From assembly GCA_963777455.1 (NCBI GenBank), contig CAVZQQ010000004.1, positions 476,880-500,879 on the forward strand: a stretch of 24,000 nt of DNA. Reading direction: 5' to 3'. Source of the DNA: an uncultured beta proteobacterium. Its GTDB lineage: Bacteria > Pseudomonadota > Gammaproteobacteria > Burkholderiales > Casimicrobiaceae. A program made the translations under genes and the position numbers. Below are positions 22,738 through 24,000 of the stretch, in pieces. The notes under the pieces were generated by a model, which had not been told where the DNA came from, ran no database searches, and was given only the letters and a program-made list of their open reading frames with translations. The first letter of the stretch is position 1; the number at the start of each line of letters is the position of its first letter.

Positions 22738-24000
22738 CTCACTCTCTCCGGCACGGGTTTGGTCTTGTCGCGAGCGGTATACCAGGGCATCAGCACAAAG
22801 AACAGGAAATACACCAGCGTCAACAAGCCGCGCGAGCCACGTCGCCCGGTCCTTGGTATCGAGCACTTCCGACCAGCCGCCGCTGAACTGTCCCCAGACG
22901 GTGACCGAGACGGTGCCGAGGTAGCCCAGCACGAGGAAGCAGAAGACGAAGATCGCCAGCCAGGTCTTGTAGAGCGCGCCGCGATAGCGGATCGACTTCA
23001 CCGCGCCGCGATCGAGCCAGGGCAGGAAGAAAAAGATGACGACCCCGGCGCCCATCACCAGAACTCCCCAGAACTGCGAGTTCGAGGAACGACGGCACCG
23101 CGCGCAGCATCGCGTAATAAGGCGTGAAGTACCACACCGGCGCGATGTGCTCCGGCGTCTTCAGCGGATCGGCGGGAATGAAGTTGTTCGATTCGAGGAA
23201 GTAGCCGCCGACATCAGGAAGGAAAAAAATCGACGATCGCAAAGATGATGAGGAAGAAGACGATCCCGACCAGGTCCTTGATCGTGTAGTACGGATGCGA
23301 ATAGATGCCGTCGAGATAGATGCCGGTCTTCGGGTCCTTGGGCTGGTTCTTGATCTCGATGCCGTCCGGGTTGTTCGACCCGACTTCGTGCAGGGCCATC
23401 AGGTGCGCCGCCGCCAGAGCCAGCAGCACCAGCGGCAGCGCCGCGACGTGAAACGCGAAGAAGCGATTGAGCGTCACGTCGGAGATCGTGTAGTCGCCGC
23501 GAATCCAAGTGCCGAGGTCCTCGCCGATGACCGGCACTGTCGAGAATAGATTAACGATTACCTGCGCGCCCCAGTACGACATCTGTCCCCACGGCAGCAG
23601 GTAGCCGAAAAAAGCCTCCGCCATCAACGCCAAGTAAAGAAAACAGCCGATAATCCAAAGCAGTTCGCGCGGCTTGCGATAGCTGCCGTAGAGCAAGCCG
23701 CGGAACATGTGCAGATAGACGATGATGAAGAACGCCGACGCGCCGGTCGAGTGCATGTAGCGGATGAGCCAACCGCCGGATACGTCGCGCATCATGTACT
23801 CGATCGACTCGAACGCCTTGGTCGCGTCGGGCTTGTAGGTCATGGCCAGGAAGATGCCGGTCACGATCTGCAGCACCAGCACGAAGGCCGCGAGCGAGCC
23901 GAAGTAGTACCAGAAGTTGAAATTCTTCGGCGCGATGTACTTGCCCCACTGCTCTTCCCACAGCTTGCGTCAGTGGGAAGCGGGCGTCGATCCAGGTCAG
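22731..24000 (-). pseudogene. petB: Cytochrome b of the bc1 complex; the 5' end runs out of the window and there are four frame breaks inside it.
   Basis: Hand-joined translation: LTWIDARFPLT / KLWEEQWGKYIAPKNFNFWYYFGSLAAFVLVLQIVTGIFLAMTY..RYMHSTGASAFF..GYLLPWGQMSYWGAQVI.. / FFLPDVGGYFLESNNFIPADPLKTPEHIAPVWYFTPYYAMLRAVPSF / NSQFWGVLVMGAGVVIFFFLPWLDR..KSIRYRG.. / LTLVYFLFFVLMPWYTARDKTKPVPERVRW*. Breaks lie at ~23967, the A7 run at 23223-23229, ~23080-23088 and ~22822-22828. Each behaves as one extra base. Confidence 0.9.

Noticed and set aside
21942-24000. Programmed ribosomal frameshifting as an explanation for the petB/petC breaks.
   Set aside because: Six breaks of mixed direction occur in two genes. 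I saw no shared slippery heptamer or downstream structure, and these genes are single-frame in every organism I know of. Indels, whether error or mutation, are the simpler reading.
1-24000. A search for CRISPR arrays, rRNA, IS elements, retron/DGR-type reverse transcriptases, toxin-antitoxin pairs and known defence-system genes.
   Set aside because: None was found. The only regular tandem repeat is the in-frame Sel1 coding repeat, and no ORF translation shows nuclease, RT, ATPase-helicase or transposase signatures.

Overview
This is a visibly GC-rich proteobacterial chromosomal window. The right end carries petB-petC-sspA-sspB-tRNA-Thr, a synteny typical of beta- and some gammaproteobacteria. 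All calls come from reading the ORF-track translations and the DNA by eye; no database search was possible.

Left to right:
- 1-1930: an enolase-family paralog followed by an MtnK/APH-like kinase.
- 1997-4930, minus strand: a three-gene unit in which two oxidoreductases with Tat-type signal peptides (an aldo/keto reductase and a COG2085/F420-NADP-oxidoreductase-like protein) flank an ATP/ADP-translocase-like MFS transporter.
- 5115-5918: a decayed SDR epimerase relic.
- 6018-6950: a Sel1-repeat protein.
- 6951-7782: an AT-richer stretch with almost no ORFs.
- 7783-12752: creD, a DUF4124 protein, osmB and mrcA (PBP1A).
- 12870-17124: the most unusual locus. A 709-aa four-domain copper protein (two-domain multicopper oxidase + extra cupredoxin + CusF-like domain) is preceded by a Met/His-tailed secreted protein and an HPP-family membrane protein. 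A divergent MarR regulator sits across a perfect 18-bp palindrome.
- 17147-18888: two copies of a conserved AT-rich promoter/operator-like element flank a small membrane ORF and a Pal-like lipoprotein; the second copy precedes a Coq4-family gene.
- 19111-20733: a His/Met-rich secreted protein, a DUF3014 protein and tRNA-Thr(UGU).
- 20761-24000: sspB, sspA, petC and petB.

At least 14 reading-frame breaks fall in 8 genes, including petB, petC and sspA, while about 13 kb of other ORFs are intact. Indel-type sequence error is the most economical explanation for most of them, but I cannot prove that from the sequence alone.

I saw no CRISPR array, rRNA, transposase, integrase or recognisable defence-system genes.
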